DNA of 64,000 nt from Candidatus Norongarragalinales archaeon (GCA_038884755.1 JAWABJ010000001.1:64001-128000), one strand, 5' to 3'; positions 49,642-58,283 are shown, counted from the stretch's first letter. Made by a program: numbers and translations. Notes: generated by a model from the sequence alone, not told the origin.

Positions 49642-49989
49642 ATGGCTGTGCAGATTGAATTCGTTTCTTCGAAAACCTTGAGGCAATTGTCGAGCGAAAA
49701 GAAAATCGCCATGGTTTTGGACAGCGTAAAGAAAAACTCGATTCTGGTTTTGGAAGAGCCTCTGACGCTCGATGAAGAGCGCATGCTCATTCGCGAGACG
49801 ATGAAAATAATCACCAAGAGCTTTCCCGGAATAGAAATTTCCTCCCTCTCGCCGCAAGAGGACGACTTGCGTTCTCAATTCATCCGCCTCATCGGCGGGA
49901 AGACGAGCGGGCTTACGGTAGTCGGCCCGGCTCACTTGGTCAAGGAAATGAAGAAAGACCCGAACAAGCTAAGGGTTTTAACGAAATAA
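49642..49989 (+). CDS. oapB: DUF2073 family protein (OapB)
   Basis: EKKIAMVLDSVK, ILVLEEPLT.DEE, FPGIEI, GLTVVGPA. Confidence 0.85.
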   Translation: MAVQIEFVSSKTLRQLSSEKKIAMVLDSVKKNSILVLEEPLTLDEERMLIRETMKIITKSFPGIEISSLSPQEDDLRSQFIRLIGGKTSGLTVVGPAHLVKEMKKDPNKLRVLTK

Positions 49990-50017
49990 CCCCTTCTTTT
50001 TTTCGAGGCGTTTTTGA

Positions 50018-50347
50018 ATGCACAAGTGCGTGCGCTGTTCCACAGTATACCAAAACAATGCCAAGGAGCTTCTCAGCGGATGCCCTTGCGGGGCGCGCGT
50101 GTTCGTTTTCCTCAAGGACGGAAAGGCGGCCGAGTCTGAAGAAGACTACTCGTGGTTGGAGGCCGAGTTCAAGTCTCTGGCGAAAGACAAGCCCGTGAGC
50201 GTGGATTCGGACTCGGCAGAAAACCTGCGAATTCTCGAAAAAGGAGCGTACGAACTGGACGTGAAATCTCTCATGGGCGGAAATCCGCTAGTGGTTAAAA
50301 GCGAGAAGGGAATTTACTACATCAAAGTGCCGCACTTCAAGCAATAG
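50018..50347 (+). CDS. oapC: DUF2072 Zn-ribbon protein (OapC)
   Basis: HKCVRC...LLSGCPCG..VF, LRILEKGAYELDVKSL. Confidence 0.85.
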   Translation: MHKCVRCSTVYQNNAKELLSGCPCGARVFVFLKDGKAAESEEDYSWLEAEFKSLAKDKPVSVDSDSAENLRILEKGAYELDVKSLMGGNPLVVKSEKGIYYIKVPHFKQ

Positions 50348-50365
50348 TTTTTTTTGTTTTGCAGC

Positions 50366-50773
50366 TTATTTCCTGTATCCCTTGATTCGCGCTTTTTCCG
50401 AAGGCTTTTGGAACTTGTATCCAGAAAGGTTGCGCACTGTGCGTTCGCCGAAAGCCCTCGCCCGCTCCAAATCGGTTTCGTCAAGCGAGTTTTTGAAAAA
50501 CCCTTTTTTTTCCAAAAAAATCTGGTTGACGATGCGAGCGTTCTGCAAAATGCGTATTGCTTTTTCCATGGGGTTGCTGAATTCAAGAAAGCCTTTCGCG
50601 TGGAACAACGCCACGCTTCCCGTTTCCTTACCGCCGGCTTTCGCGCAATCGAGGAAAACCAAGTCAAAACCATCCTTGAATTCGGGAGAAAATTCTACGA
50701 ATGCATTCGCTTGCCTAGCGCCTTGAGCGATTTTTTCAGCGATTTCGCCTTCCCCGACTATTAAAACCTTCAT
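50366..50773 (-). CDS. Degenerate flavodoxin-like protein
   Basis: MKVLIV...IAEKIAQG...FDLVFL...VALF...DLERARAFGE; lacks the SxTGNT phosphate loop. Confidence 0.55.
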   Translation of the reverse strand: MKVLIVGEGEIAEKIAQGARQANAFVEFSPEFKDGFDLVFLDCAKAGGKETGSVALFHAKGFLEFSNPMEKAIRILQNARIVNQIFLEKKGFFKNSLDETDLERARAFGERTVRNLSGYKFQKPSEKARIKGYRK

Positions 50774-52344
50774 TTTTCCAGCAACGCTTTGACGAACCCG
50801 TCGAACAACGGTTCGGGCTGTTCAAGCCTTGAATCAAACTCGGGATGGTATTGGGAGCCTATTAAGAATTTGTGTCCCTTCAATTCTCCGATTTTTCTTA
50901 TCTCGCGTTTTGGGTCTCGTCCTGAAAAAACCCAGCCTGCTTTTTCCAGGTCGGGAATCAAGTCCGGGTTGATTTCATAGCGGTGGCGAAAACGCTTGTG
51001 GATTTTCTCGCTTTCGTAGCACTCGAACGCCAGCGTTCCCTTTTCCACTTTAACTTCGTAAGCGCCCAAACGCATGGTTCCCCCTTTTTCCTCTACCGAG
51101 TGTTGTTCCGGCAGCAAGCATATCACGGGGTGCTTTGTCGAAGGGTCGATTTCAGTGGTGTGCGCGTCCTTCCACCCGAGCACGTTTCTTGCGCTTTCGA
51201 TTATTGCCAATTGCAACCCGTAGCACAAACCTAAATAGGGGATGTTTTTTTCGCGGGCGTATCTCACTGTCTGGATTATTCCTTCCACTCCCCTTTCCCC
51301 GAATCCCCCGGGAACCACGAATCCGTCGAACTCGCCGAGTTTTTGCGTTCCCGCTTCCACTTTTTCCGAATCTATGAGAACGGCGTTGAGCTTGACGCCG
51401 TTGTTCAGCGCCGCGTGCTGCAGCGCTTCGAAAACGCTCATGTAAGTGTCGCGCGTAGTCGCATATTTCCCGACGACAGCAATCGTTTTTTCCGTTCGCG
51501 GTTTCTTGTCGAGCAACGCCCGCCATTCTTGCAGGTCTTTTTCCTTGAGCTTGAGCGAAAGCTTTTCTGCGATTAGCTTTTCCATACCTTGCTCTTCCAA
51601 AACCAAAGGCAGTTTGTAGACGCTGTCTACGTTTGGAGAGCAGAAAACCGCTTCGGGCGAGACATTGCAGAACATGGCGAGTTTCGCGTGCGCTTCCTTG
51701 TTCAAGCGCTTTTCGCTCCTCGCCACGAGAATGTCGGGCTGGATGCCAGCCGCGAGCAGCATTTTGACTGAATGCTGCATGGGTTTTGTCTTTTGTTCCC
51801 CGGTAGTAATCGTGGGAACGAGCGCAAGGTGTATGAAAACAACTTCGTCCCCGTCGAAGCGCATTTGGCGTATCGCCTCGAGCACTACTTCGCTTTCTAT
51901 GTCGCCCACGGTTCCGCCTATTTCAACAACCAGCACTTCGGCTCCAGTCACTTTAGCGGTGGCACGAATGCGGTGTTTCACTTCATTCGTAACGTGGGGA
52001 ATCATTTGCAGCGTTTTGCCGAGGAATTCTCCCTTGCGTTCTTTTTCGATGACCGCCTTGTAAGCCTGGCCCATCATGAGGTTCTGTTCTTTCCGCGCGA
52101 AAATGTTCAAGAAGCGTTCGTAATTGCCCACATCAAGGTCGCACTCGAACCCGTCTTGAGTGACGAAAACCTCGCCGTGCTCGAACGGGTTGAGCGTGCC
52201 GGCGTCGCAATTCAAATACACGTCTATTTTCATGCAGTTCGCGTCTACGCCCTTGCTTTTGAGAATGCGAGCGATGGAAGAGGATAGCGTTCCCTTTCCG
52301 AGGGAACTCAACACGCCGCCAGTCACGAAAACAAATTTTGCCAT
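50770..52344 (-). CDS. pyrG: CTP synthase
   Basis: FVTGGVLSSLGKG, EIGGTVGDIE, KTKPMQHS, GLCYG, RHRYE, QYHPE. Confidence 0.98.
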   Translation of the reverse strand: MAKFVFVTGGVLSSLGKGTLSSSIARILKSKGVDANCMKIDVYLNCDAGTLNPFEHGEVFVTQDGFECDLDVGNYERFLNIFARKEQNLMMGQAYKAVIEKERKGEFLGKTLQMIPHVTNEVKHRIRATAKVTGAEVLVVEIGGTVGDIESEVVLEAIRQMRFDGDEVVFIHLALVPTITTGEQKTKPMQHSVKMLLAAGIQPDILVARSEKRLNKEAHAKLAMFCNVSPEAVFCSPNVDSVYKLPLVLEEQGMEKLIAEKLSLKLKEKDLQEWRALLDKKPRTEKTIAVVGKYATTRDTYMSVFEALQHAALNNGVKLNAVLIDSEKVEAGTQKLGEFDGFVVPGGFGERGVEGIIQTVRYAREKNIPYLGLCYGLQLAIIESARNVLGWKDAHTTEIDPSTKHPVICLLPEQHSVEEKGGTMRLGAYEVKVEKGTLAFECYESEKIHKRFRHRYEINPDLIPDLEKAGWVFSGRDPKREIRKIGELKGHKFLIGSQYHPEFDSRLEQPEPLFDGFVKALLEK

Positions 52345-52347
52345 TGT

Positions 52348-52466
52348 AAACACGCTTTTCCGAAAGTGAAATGCACTACGCTAGTTCACTTGATTCCGGC
52401 AGAATTAGGGTACGCGAAAAGCGTGCCTGAATAAAATTCGAGAAAACGATTTTATAAACCTTTTCG
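52348..52466 (-). promoter_or_regulatory. pyrG promoter (BRE/TATA) and multi-stem 5' leader
   Basis: Minus-strand CGAAAAGG-TTTATAAAA at 52466-52450; 10-bp inverted repeat 52351-52360/52416-52425 enclosing a 7-bp stem 52364-52370/52385-52391. Confidence 0.6.
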
Positions 52467-52474
52467 TGGCTTTT

Positions 52475-52678
52475 GAAAAAACCCGGGGTGCAGGCGGCGC
52501 AGTAACGCAGCCGCCGTGCTATCCCGGGAATCGGGAGGAGCAGAAAGAAGGAGGAACCAAAGTTCCTCCTTTCTAAACCTCTTCCTTTTACCTACTTCTC
52601 CCTCTCTACACCTCTGTGTAGCGAGGCGTTGGCGTTTTTCTTTGGGGTTGACAGACCTTTCTTTCGCAAAGAAAGGGA
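52475..52678. ncRNA. Candidate structured RNA / long 3' UTR with four hairpins
   Basis: Hairpins at 52482-52528, 52548-52571, 52601-52626, 52656-52676; T-tract after the last hairpin on the minus strand; no convincing ORF. Confidence 0.5.
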
Positions 52679-52680
52679 TG

Positions 52681-53037
52681 TCAGTGCCCGATCATGACGG
52701 TCCTCTTGTTTTCGACAGTGACCGCCCTTTTGAGTTTGACCAGCTGGTAGTAGTAGGTCGCGAGGAAGAACGCGGGGAGCGCGAGCAAGTTCATGTTGAG
52801 CAAAAGCCAGGCTCCGACTATCGCGGAGAGGATTGCGTAAACCCTGTAGCGGATGAACATCTTGTAGTTGGGCAAGTGGTCCATCATGTACTCGTAACGC
52901 GTTCCCATCACGAGCAAAGGGCGTTTTGCCTCCGCTACGGTACCGTAAATGCCCACTTGCCCGGGGTAGGGGGTTTGCACTGGCACTGCGGAAGGCATTC
53001 CCGCGGTTTCCTTCAATTCCGTTTGTTCGTTAGCCAT
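52681..53037 (-). CDS. Small helical-hairpin membrane protein, paralog E
   Basis: SD GAGGT; VPVQT...TRYEYM; two TM helices; basic C-end. Confidence 0.85.
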   Translation of the reverse strand: MANEQTELKETAGMPSAVPVQTPYPGQVGIYGTVAEAKRPLLVMGTRYEYMMDHLPNYKMFIRYRVYAILSAIVGAWLLLNMNLLALPAFFLATYYYQLVKLKRAVTVENKRTVMIGH

Positions 53038-53047
53038 TTTTCATACC

Positions 53048-53446
53048 TCATTTCGTGGAAATCAGCGCTTTGCTTTTAAACCATTCGACGCTCCAAGCGT
53101 AATTAAGCAAAACCTGGCTCCAGAAGTAACCCGTCAAATAAGCGAAGAAAGCGGCAATCCACAAGTTGATGCCGTAAAAGAATATCACGGCGATTAGCGA
53201 AAGCACGCAGTACAACCAAGCTTTGTAGACCGTTCCGAGAGACCCTTCCTTCCATTTTTCCCCAAACCAGTCAGCAATTATTTCACCCCTCGTCTTGACC
53301 ATAAGAGAGTTTACGGGCGTGCCGTCCCCGAACAGCTTGTCGGACTGCATTGGAACGTACAAGTTGGGCGCGGTGCTGGCGCTGAATGCTGTCGCCTGTC
53401 CTTTCGCGCTTGCGTGCGCTTTGAATTCCTTCAAGCTTACCGCCAT
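53048..53446 (-). CDS. Small helical-hairpin membrane protein, paralog D
   Basis: SD GAGGGG; VPMQS...TRGEII; two TM helices. Confidence 0.85.
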   Translation of the reverse strand: MAVSLKEFKAHASAKGQATAFSASTAPNLYVPMQSDKLFGDGTPVNSLMVKTRGEIIADWFGEKWKEGSLGTVYKAWLYCVLSLIAVIFFYGINLWIAAFFAYLTGYFWSQVLLNYAWSVEWFKSKALISTK

Positions 53447-53458
53447 TCAAATCCCCTC

Positions 53459-53668
53459 TTAAATCCAGTTCAAAACCATTGCCGAATAGGCAATGCTCGC
53501 GAATACTATCGCCCAAATCACTTCGTCGGGCAGGATGAAACTAGGCCCGAACATTGCTTGTTCGAAAGTCCACCCTCCGTTGGCTATGTTCACGAGGCCC
53601 GCGTCTTCAAGCAGGCTAGTTATCTGCATTGCAATGCCCGGTTCGTGGGGCTTGAATTCTTTAGACAT
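53459..53668 (-). CDS. 69-aa single-TM protein
   Basis: SD-like GGTG; C-terminal TM VIWAIVFASIAYSAMVLNWI. Confidence 0.75.
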   Translation of the reverse strand: MSKEFKPHEPGIAMQITSLLEDAGLVNIANGGWTFEQAMFGPSFILPDEVIWAIVFASIAYSAMVLNWI

Positions 53669-53780
53669 GTTTCACACCACACTTGCAAACGGCGTATTCC
53701 CGCTGGTAGTCGAAGGCTTTCGCTGCCACCGCGGTCCACGCGTTTTTTTCTCCCACGAAGTACACTATTTCTTTTTGCAT
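53661..53780 (-). CDS. 39-aa micro-protein (absent from ORF track)
   Basis: Hand translation MQKEIVYFVGEKNAWTAVAAKAFDYQREYAVCKCGVKHV; starts 1 nt after the upstream stop and overlaps the next start, filling the gap exactly. Confidence 0.65.
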   Translation of the reverse strand: MQKEIVYFVGEKNAWTAVAAKAFDYQREYAVCKCGVKHV

Positions 53781-53781
53781 T

Positions 53782-54147
53782 TTAGTCCACCAGCACTATA
53801 GACCTGTACTTTCCGAAGGTTCTGGTAATGAACGCGTCCATCCACGCTATGTCTTGAAAGCGAGCTGCCAGCGCTATCATTAGCAGTCCGCCAGGCGGGA
53901 AAGCTTGCAGCGTGAGGATTCCGAATATGAAGCAGAATATGGCTTTCACCATGTTTTTGTAACGGTCTTTTTCGTACCCCACGTATTCCGCGAGGTAGTC
54001 GTACCTCTTGTGTTGCTTCATGAAAGGCGGGCTTCCCGGTTTTACGTACAAGGGCAAGAACGACCTTTGAGGTTGGCCTGCGGCTGCTCCTGCGCCGGTA
54101 GACGCGCCGATTTGCTGCACTTCCCTCACGGGCACTTCAGCAGTCAT
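53782..54147 (-). CDS. Small helical-hairpin membrane protein, paralog B
   Basis: SD GAGGT; LPLYV...KRYDYL; hydrophobic hairpin around PPGG. Confidence 0.85.
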   Translation of the reverse strand: MTAEVPVREVQQIGASTGAGAAAGQPQRSFLPLYVKPGSPPFMKQHKRYDYLAEYVGYEKDRYKNMVKAIFCFIFGILTLQAFPPGGLLMIALAARFQDIAWMDAFITRTFGKYRSIVLVD

Positions 54148-54158
54148 TTTTCACAACC

Positions 54159-54521
54159 TCAAGTTCCTTCCAAAATCTCGCGCTTTTTGTTGACTTCATT
54201 GAAGAAAAACGCTTTCCTGGCGTAAACTCCCCACGCCCAGCCTGCCATCAAAGCCAAAACGCCCGAGACCAGGATACTCCAGCCCAAGGCGTAAAGCGCC
54301 CCAACGCCAAGAACTACGGCCGCAACGCGGGAAATCTGGATGAGCCTCCAATTGCCGAGTTCGAAGTCCATGTACTCCTGCCTGGTTGAAACCTTCATTA
54401 CCCCTTTTCCTTCGGTTTGCACTGGAAGCCATACGGGAGAATAAGTCCACTCGTGGCCCGAAGCGTGGCTGTTGCCTTTAGCCATGCCCTTCAAACCCTG
54501 CAAGTCGGTCTTAACTATCAT
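54159..54521 (-). CDS. Small helical-hairpin membrane protein, paralog A
   Basis: SD GGAGG before ATG 54521; LPVQT...TRQEYM; two TM helices. Confidence 0.85.
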   Translation of the reverse strand: MIVKTDLQGLKGMAKGNSHASGHEWTYSPVWLPVQTEGKGVMKVSTRQEYMDFELGNWRLIQISRVAAVVLGVGALYALGWSILVSGVLALMAGWAWGVYARKAFFFNEVNKKREILEGT

Positions 54522-54559
54522 TTTTCCTCCCCCTTTTGCTGTATTACTCCTTGTTTTCA

Positions 54560-54572
54560 TTATTTATAAACT
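54560..54572 (-). promoter_or_regulatory. TATA box of the small membrane protein operon
   Basis: Minus-strand AAGTTTATAAATAA about 40 nt upstream of ATG 54521. Confidence 0.55.
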
Positions 54573-54754
54573 TGTCGGTAGTAACAACTAGGAGGGCAAA
54601 GCGCCGGAAAACAGCCTTGCAGCCTATATTATATAGGTTTTCGAGCATAAGGGTGTAAGGCTGATCGTTTTCGGCCGGCTTTCGGAAATAGGGGTAGTGA
54701 AGTTTAAATACCGTCGATTCTTTCCGAAGGATTTTTCGACAGGAAGCGAATTTT

Positions 54755-54914
54755 GGAAAGGTTTAAAAAGGGAGTTTTGGATATACCTTAACTTGCGTTC
54801 AACCCGCAGCAGGTAGTTTCCCAATGCGGCGTTGTAGGCGAGTGCATATCCTTCATAGGAAAGTAAGAACAGAGAGGAAAAAACAAACTACTGTCGAAAG
54901 ACAGAGGTGGTTAC
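54755..54914 (+). promoter_or_regulatory. S-layer gene promoter and long 5' UTR with strong SD
   Basis: GGAAAGG-TTTAAAAA at ~54755-54769; GAGGTGG at 54905-54911. Confidence 0.5.
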
Positions 54915-57497
54915 GTGAAAAGTATGAATGCAAAGAGAATTGCTGCCGCCGCTGCTGGCGCTGCAATGTTGGGCGCTGCTTTTGCAGGAGCCGTTAGCGT
55001 GGACGAAGCTGGCATGTCAGGTTTCCAGTGGGTCAGCAACGGTAGCCCGAATGTAGTTTTAGTTGTAGGCTCTCGCAGTATGCCTTCCGACGCAGTTGCT
55101 GCAGCCAACGTTGCCGCAATGATCGGAAACTTGGCGTACACGAGCGGTGCTGCTGTTGAAATCACCGGCACTGACTTGCTGACTTGCACCGGCGGTTCCG
55201 GTGGAAGCGCAACCACGACTTTGACCGTGGAGACTCCTGGAGTCAACCCGGCTTTGGCGTACCAAATCAAGTCGTACGTTAACGACTATGTGGACGACCA
55301 GGCTGACAACGTGAGGGACACGACCAGGACTTTGATGACTACTTTCTCGAGCCAGAACGCGACCAACGTGTCTGTAAGCGGAAACCCGAATGCGGTTACT
55401 CCCGACGACACTCAGGTTTTGGCTTTGCCGAGCAACGGCGCAATCGCCAACCCGAAGGGCTTGACCATCAAGGAAGACCAGAGGGTGTACGTTTCGGCCA
55501 ACACCGTTTACGACACTTCTGACGACAGGCTTGAGGGACAGAGCGCCCGCGTTGCTTACGAGGTTTCCTTTGCGGACCCGATTCCGGTCTGTTTGGATAC
55601 CACCAAGTCGCAGGCTACCTGCTCTCAATCGGACTTGATCACCAAGAACCGCATCAAGATAACTTTCTTGGGCGACACTTGGGTGTTGGTTCCTTCGTCC
55701 AGCGGTGCTGCGACCTGGGGATTGAACACTGACGCCACCACCTCGATTTCCACCATCGCAATGGGTAAGGAAGTCGACTACAAGAGCTTCATGGTGCCTG
55801 GAGACTCGACCACTCTTTCCGACGGAAAGAAGGTCGTGCTGAGCGACATCACCGGCATCGGAACTGGTACGAACACCCAGACCAGGGTTACGTTCCAAGT
55901 TTACGACGCGAACGGCGGTTTGCTCGACCAGACCACGCTCTATCCTCTCGAAACCTACGACAAGAACGGAGTCGTAATCTTCGTTTGGGACGTAGTCGGA
56001 GGCGCTTTGGGTGGAACCAACTACGCTGAAGTTTCCCTCTTCGGAAACAGGCTCGTCATCGAAGACGGCAAGAAGGTTTCCGGACAAGGAGACTGGTACG
56101 CTGAAATCCAGACGCAAAACGTTTCCACGTCGCAAGGTTTGCAGAAGGTCGTCCTCATGGACACGACCACGATTGCGAACTTGGCGCCCGGAGACAGCCT
56201 GCAGTTGATAAAGAACATTCCTGGCTTGAAGCTGAGCTTCAGCGGAATCGACTTGAAGGACGACGATTACGACAATCTCACCTTCACCCTGCAGAAGAAC
56301 GCGACCATCAGCGTCGCCTCTGGAAGGACGATTTCGGGAGACTTCATCCAAGTCTCTTCGACCAAGAGCAACGCGTTCTACCAATCCGGACAGACTGACA
56401 CTTCGGGTGTCAGCAGCGTGTACGTGATGGTGAGCAACTTCGCCAACTCGTCTACCGGAACGCAGAACTACTACGCCACGACCATCTTCTACCAGAACAG
56501 CACTTCCGAGTGGGTTGCTGGCACGAACGCAAGCGTTGCTGGAGACCAGCTTGGAGTAAATGTCTCTACTACCACGTTGACGTACTACTACTCGTCAACC
56601 GAAACCGCGACCATCCGCTTCATGCAAGCGTTGAACGGAACCAGCTCGACCACGCTGAACAACGACGCGTTCGTAATCGCAGTTCCCGAGGGAACTGAAG
56701 ATTCCGACACCAGCGCGACGGTTGCGGACAACGGCGGGACTGCACAACCGTACTGGACGATTATTTACGACCAGGACGCGAGGCAGTTTGTGAGCGACAT
56801 CAACTCTACCACGATTGGAACCAACCCGTTCGGTTACGAAGCCAACAGTGCGACTGACGCGACTGGAAACTTCCTTAGGGGTGCGTTCAACTCGACTGGC
56901 GGAGTTTCGTTCGCGAACGTCGAACCCAAATACATCTCTTACAGGGGTAGCGTGGCAAACGGATTCGGAACCGATTCAGTCTCTCTGAAGTACGCGAAGA
57001 AAATCGGGCACGGTGTGTACTTGTTGACCAAGGCTGGCACTGCCGGCACTGACAACAAGGTAACCAAGGACTTCAAGGCAGGCGAAACTGCTTTGGACGA
57101 CTCTGGCTACAAGGTCACCGTTGACGCGATTAACGCGGCTGGAGCAGGCGGTGCTATCGGCGGAACCGACAACTTGAAGGTAATGGCAAACGGAGTTGAA
57201 GTCAGCTCTTTGGATGCCGTGGTTCCTCTGGACACCAGCTCTGCGCCTTTGGTAGTGTTGGACACCAACCCGCTCGCGAGCGGCTCGTCCAGCGTGATCA
57301 CCTTCGGTGGTCAAATGGTCAACAGCGTTTCGGCCAGTGCTTTGGCTGGAGCTGAGTTGACTCCCGGAAGCGAGCCTGTCGTGAAAGTGGTTGGCAGCAA
57401 GATCGTCGTTGCAGGTTACGACGCTGCTGGAACTACCGAAGCCGCCAACACGCTCATCGCGTGGTTGAGCGACAACAGGGACGCCATCAGGGGCTAA
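54915..57497 (+). CDS. Major S-layer glycoprotein (Methanococcales/Thermococcales S-layer N/C-terminal type)
   Basis: KRIAAAAAGAAMLGAA signal, VVG...SDAVAAANVAAMIG, C-terminal GGQMVN...IVVAGYDAAGT; many N-x-S/T sequons; strong codon bias. Confidence 0.92.
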   Translation: MKSMNAKRIAAAAAGAAMLGAAFAGAVSVDEAGMSGFQWVSNGSPNVVLVVGSRSMPSDAVAAANVAAMIGNLAYTSGAAVEITGTDLLTCTGGSGGSATTTLTVETPGVNPALAYQIKSYVNDYVDDQADNVRDTTRTLMTTFSSQNATNVSVSGNPNAVTPDDTQVLALPSNGAIANPKGLTIKEDQRVYVSANTVYDTSDDRLEGQSARVAYEVSFADPIPVCLDTTKSQATCSQSDLITKNRIKITFLGDTWVLVPSSSGAATWGLNTDATTSISTIAMGKEVDYKSFMVPGDSTTLSDGKKVVLSDITGIGTGTNTQTRVTFQVYDANGGLLDQTTLYPLETYDKNGVVIFVWDVVGGALGGTNYAEVSLFGNRLVIEDGKKVSGQGDWYAEIQTQNVSTSQGLQKVVLMDTTTIANLAPGDSLQLIKNIPGLKLSFSGIDLKDDDYDNLTFTLQKNATISVASGRTISGDFIQVSSTKSNAFYQSGQTDTSGVSSVYVMVSNFANSSTGTQNYYATTIFYQNSTSEWVAGTNASVAGDQLGVNVSTTTLTYYYSSTETATIRFMQALNGTSSTTLNNDAFVIAVPEGTEDSDTSATVADNGGTAQPYWTIIYDQDARQFVSDINSTTIGTNPFGYEANSATDATGNFLRGAFNSTGGVSFANVEPKYISYRGSVANGFGTDSVSLKYAKKIGHGVYLLTKAGTAGTDNKVTKDFKAGETALDDSGYKVTVDAINAAGAGGAIGGTDNLKVMANGVEVSSLDAVVPLDTSSAPLVVLDTNPLASGSSSVITFGGQMVNSVSASALAGAELTPGSEPVVKVVGSKIVVAGYDAAGTTEAANTLIAWLSDNRDAIRG

Positions 57498-57511
57498 AAC
57501 CAGGGAAAGCC

Positions 57512-57547
57512 CTTTTTATTTTCTTTTTTCGACCCTCTCTTTTTTTT
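57512..57547 (+). terminator. Oligo-T terminator after S-layer gene
   Basis: TTTTTATTTTCTTTTTTC and TTTTTTTTT tracts. Confidence 0.6.
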
Positions 57548-57623
57548 AGGGGAGGGTTCCTACTTCTTTTCGTTCTAAACCGCCTATCGCGGTTTTTTGT
57601 TTTTTTTCAAGAGGTTTTTCGGC

Positions 57624-58283
57624 TTGAACAAGACTTGGTTCATTCGCGCTGGCTTGGTTTTTCTCATCCTCTCGTTCTTCATAGGGTTTTTTTGGCCTAT
57701 TCTCTTCACTCCTGACTCGCAGCAATCGCCTTCTGTCAGTCCCACGCCTGGTTTGCCTTCGTTCACTTCGAGCGACAACACTACTGCGACGGTGAAAAAG
57801 CTTGAAAACAGGCTTATTTTCTTCTGCCAGGACGCCGGGCAAGAGCAGCTTGCGCAAATCGCGGCAGGCTTGCGGGCTGTAGAGGGGGTGGAACGCGTTT
57901 TGTCCGGCTCGACGGTATTCGACGTTTCGCTTTCCAAAAACGCTTCTTCAAGTTCCTTGAGTTCGCTTGAGCAAGCGTTTTCTTCCTTGTGCCCGTCGGG
58001 AAGCGGGTTCAGGCGAGCGGCAGAGTTGGATTTCGCTTCTTCAGTGACGTTCACTCCGCCTCAGGGCTTCGACCCTATAGTCGCGCGCTTGCCTTCGACG
58101 TTGTGCAGGCAGCCTAACTGGAGCTGCCTGGTTTTGCTTTCCACGCAGGAAAACGCGACAATATCTGCAATAGTCACTTTAACGCGTGCCGAGGACGGCA
58201 GCGAACAAGGCGTGGTGCAGGAAGTGCCAGGCTTGGACGCCTTGCCTTCACCCTCGCCTTTCCCGTCGCCGAGCGCGTCTTGA
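57624..58283 (+). CDS. Membrane-anchored exported protein with Ser-Pro linkers
   Basis: N-terminal TM (AGLVFLILSFFIGFFWPILF), four Cys, PSPSP tail; start uncertain (57597 or 57624). Confidence 0.7.
   Translation: MNKTWFIRAGLVFLILSFFIGFFWPILFTPDSQQSPSVSPTPGLPSFTSSDNTTATVKKLENRLIFFCQDAGQEQLAQIAAGLRAVEGVERVLSGSTVFDVSLSKNASSSSLSSLEQAFSSLCPSGSGFRRAAELDFASSVTFTPPQGFDPIVARLPSTLCRQPNWSCLVLLSTQENATISAIVTLTRAEDGSEQGVVQEVPGLDALPSPSPFPSPSAS

Noticed and set aside
52482..52528. tRNA, SRP RNA or CRISPR repeat
   Set aside because: No cloverleaf or TTCRA loop, no SRP helix-8 motif, no repeat-spacer periodicity
52516..53079. 187-aa plus-strand ORF across the hairpin region and paralog E
   Set aside because: Low-complexity, non-protein-like composition and antisense to a gene with a strong SD
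55059..56384. 441-aa antisense ORF within the S-layer gene
   Set aside because: Shadow frame caused by strong codon bias of the highly expressed sense gene; the same applies to long antisense ORFs over cdc48, purL, rfcL and ychF
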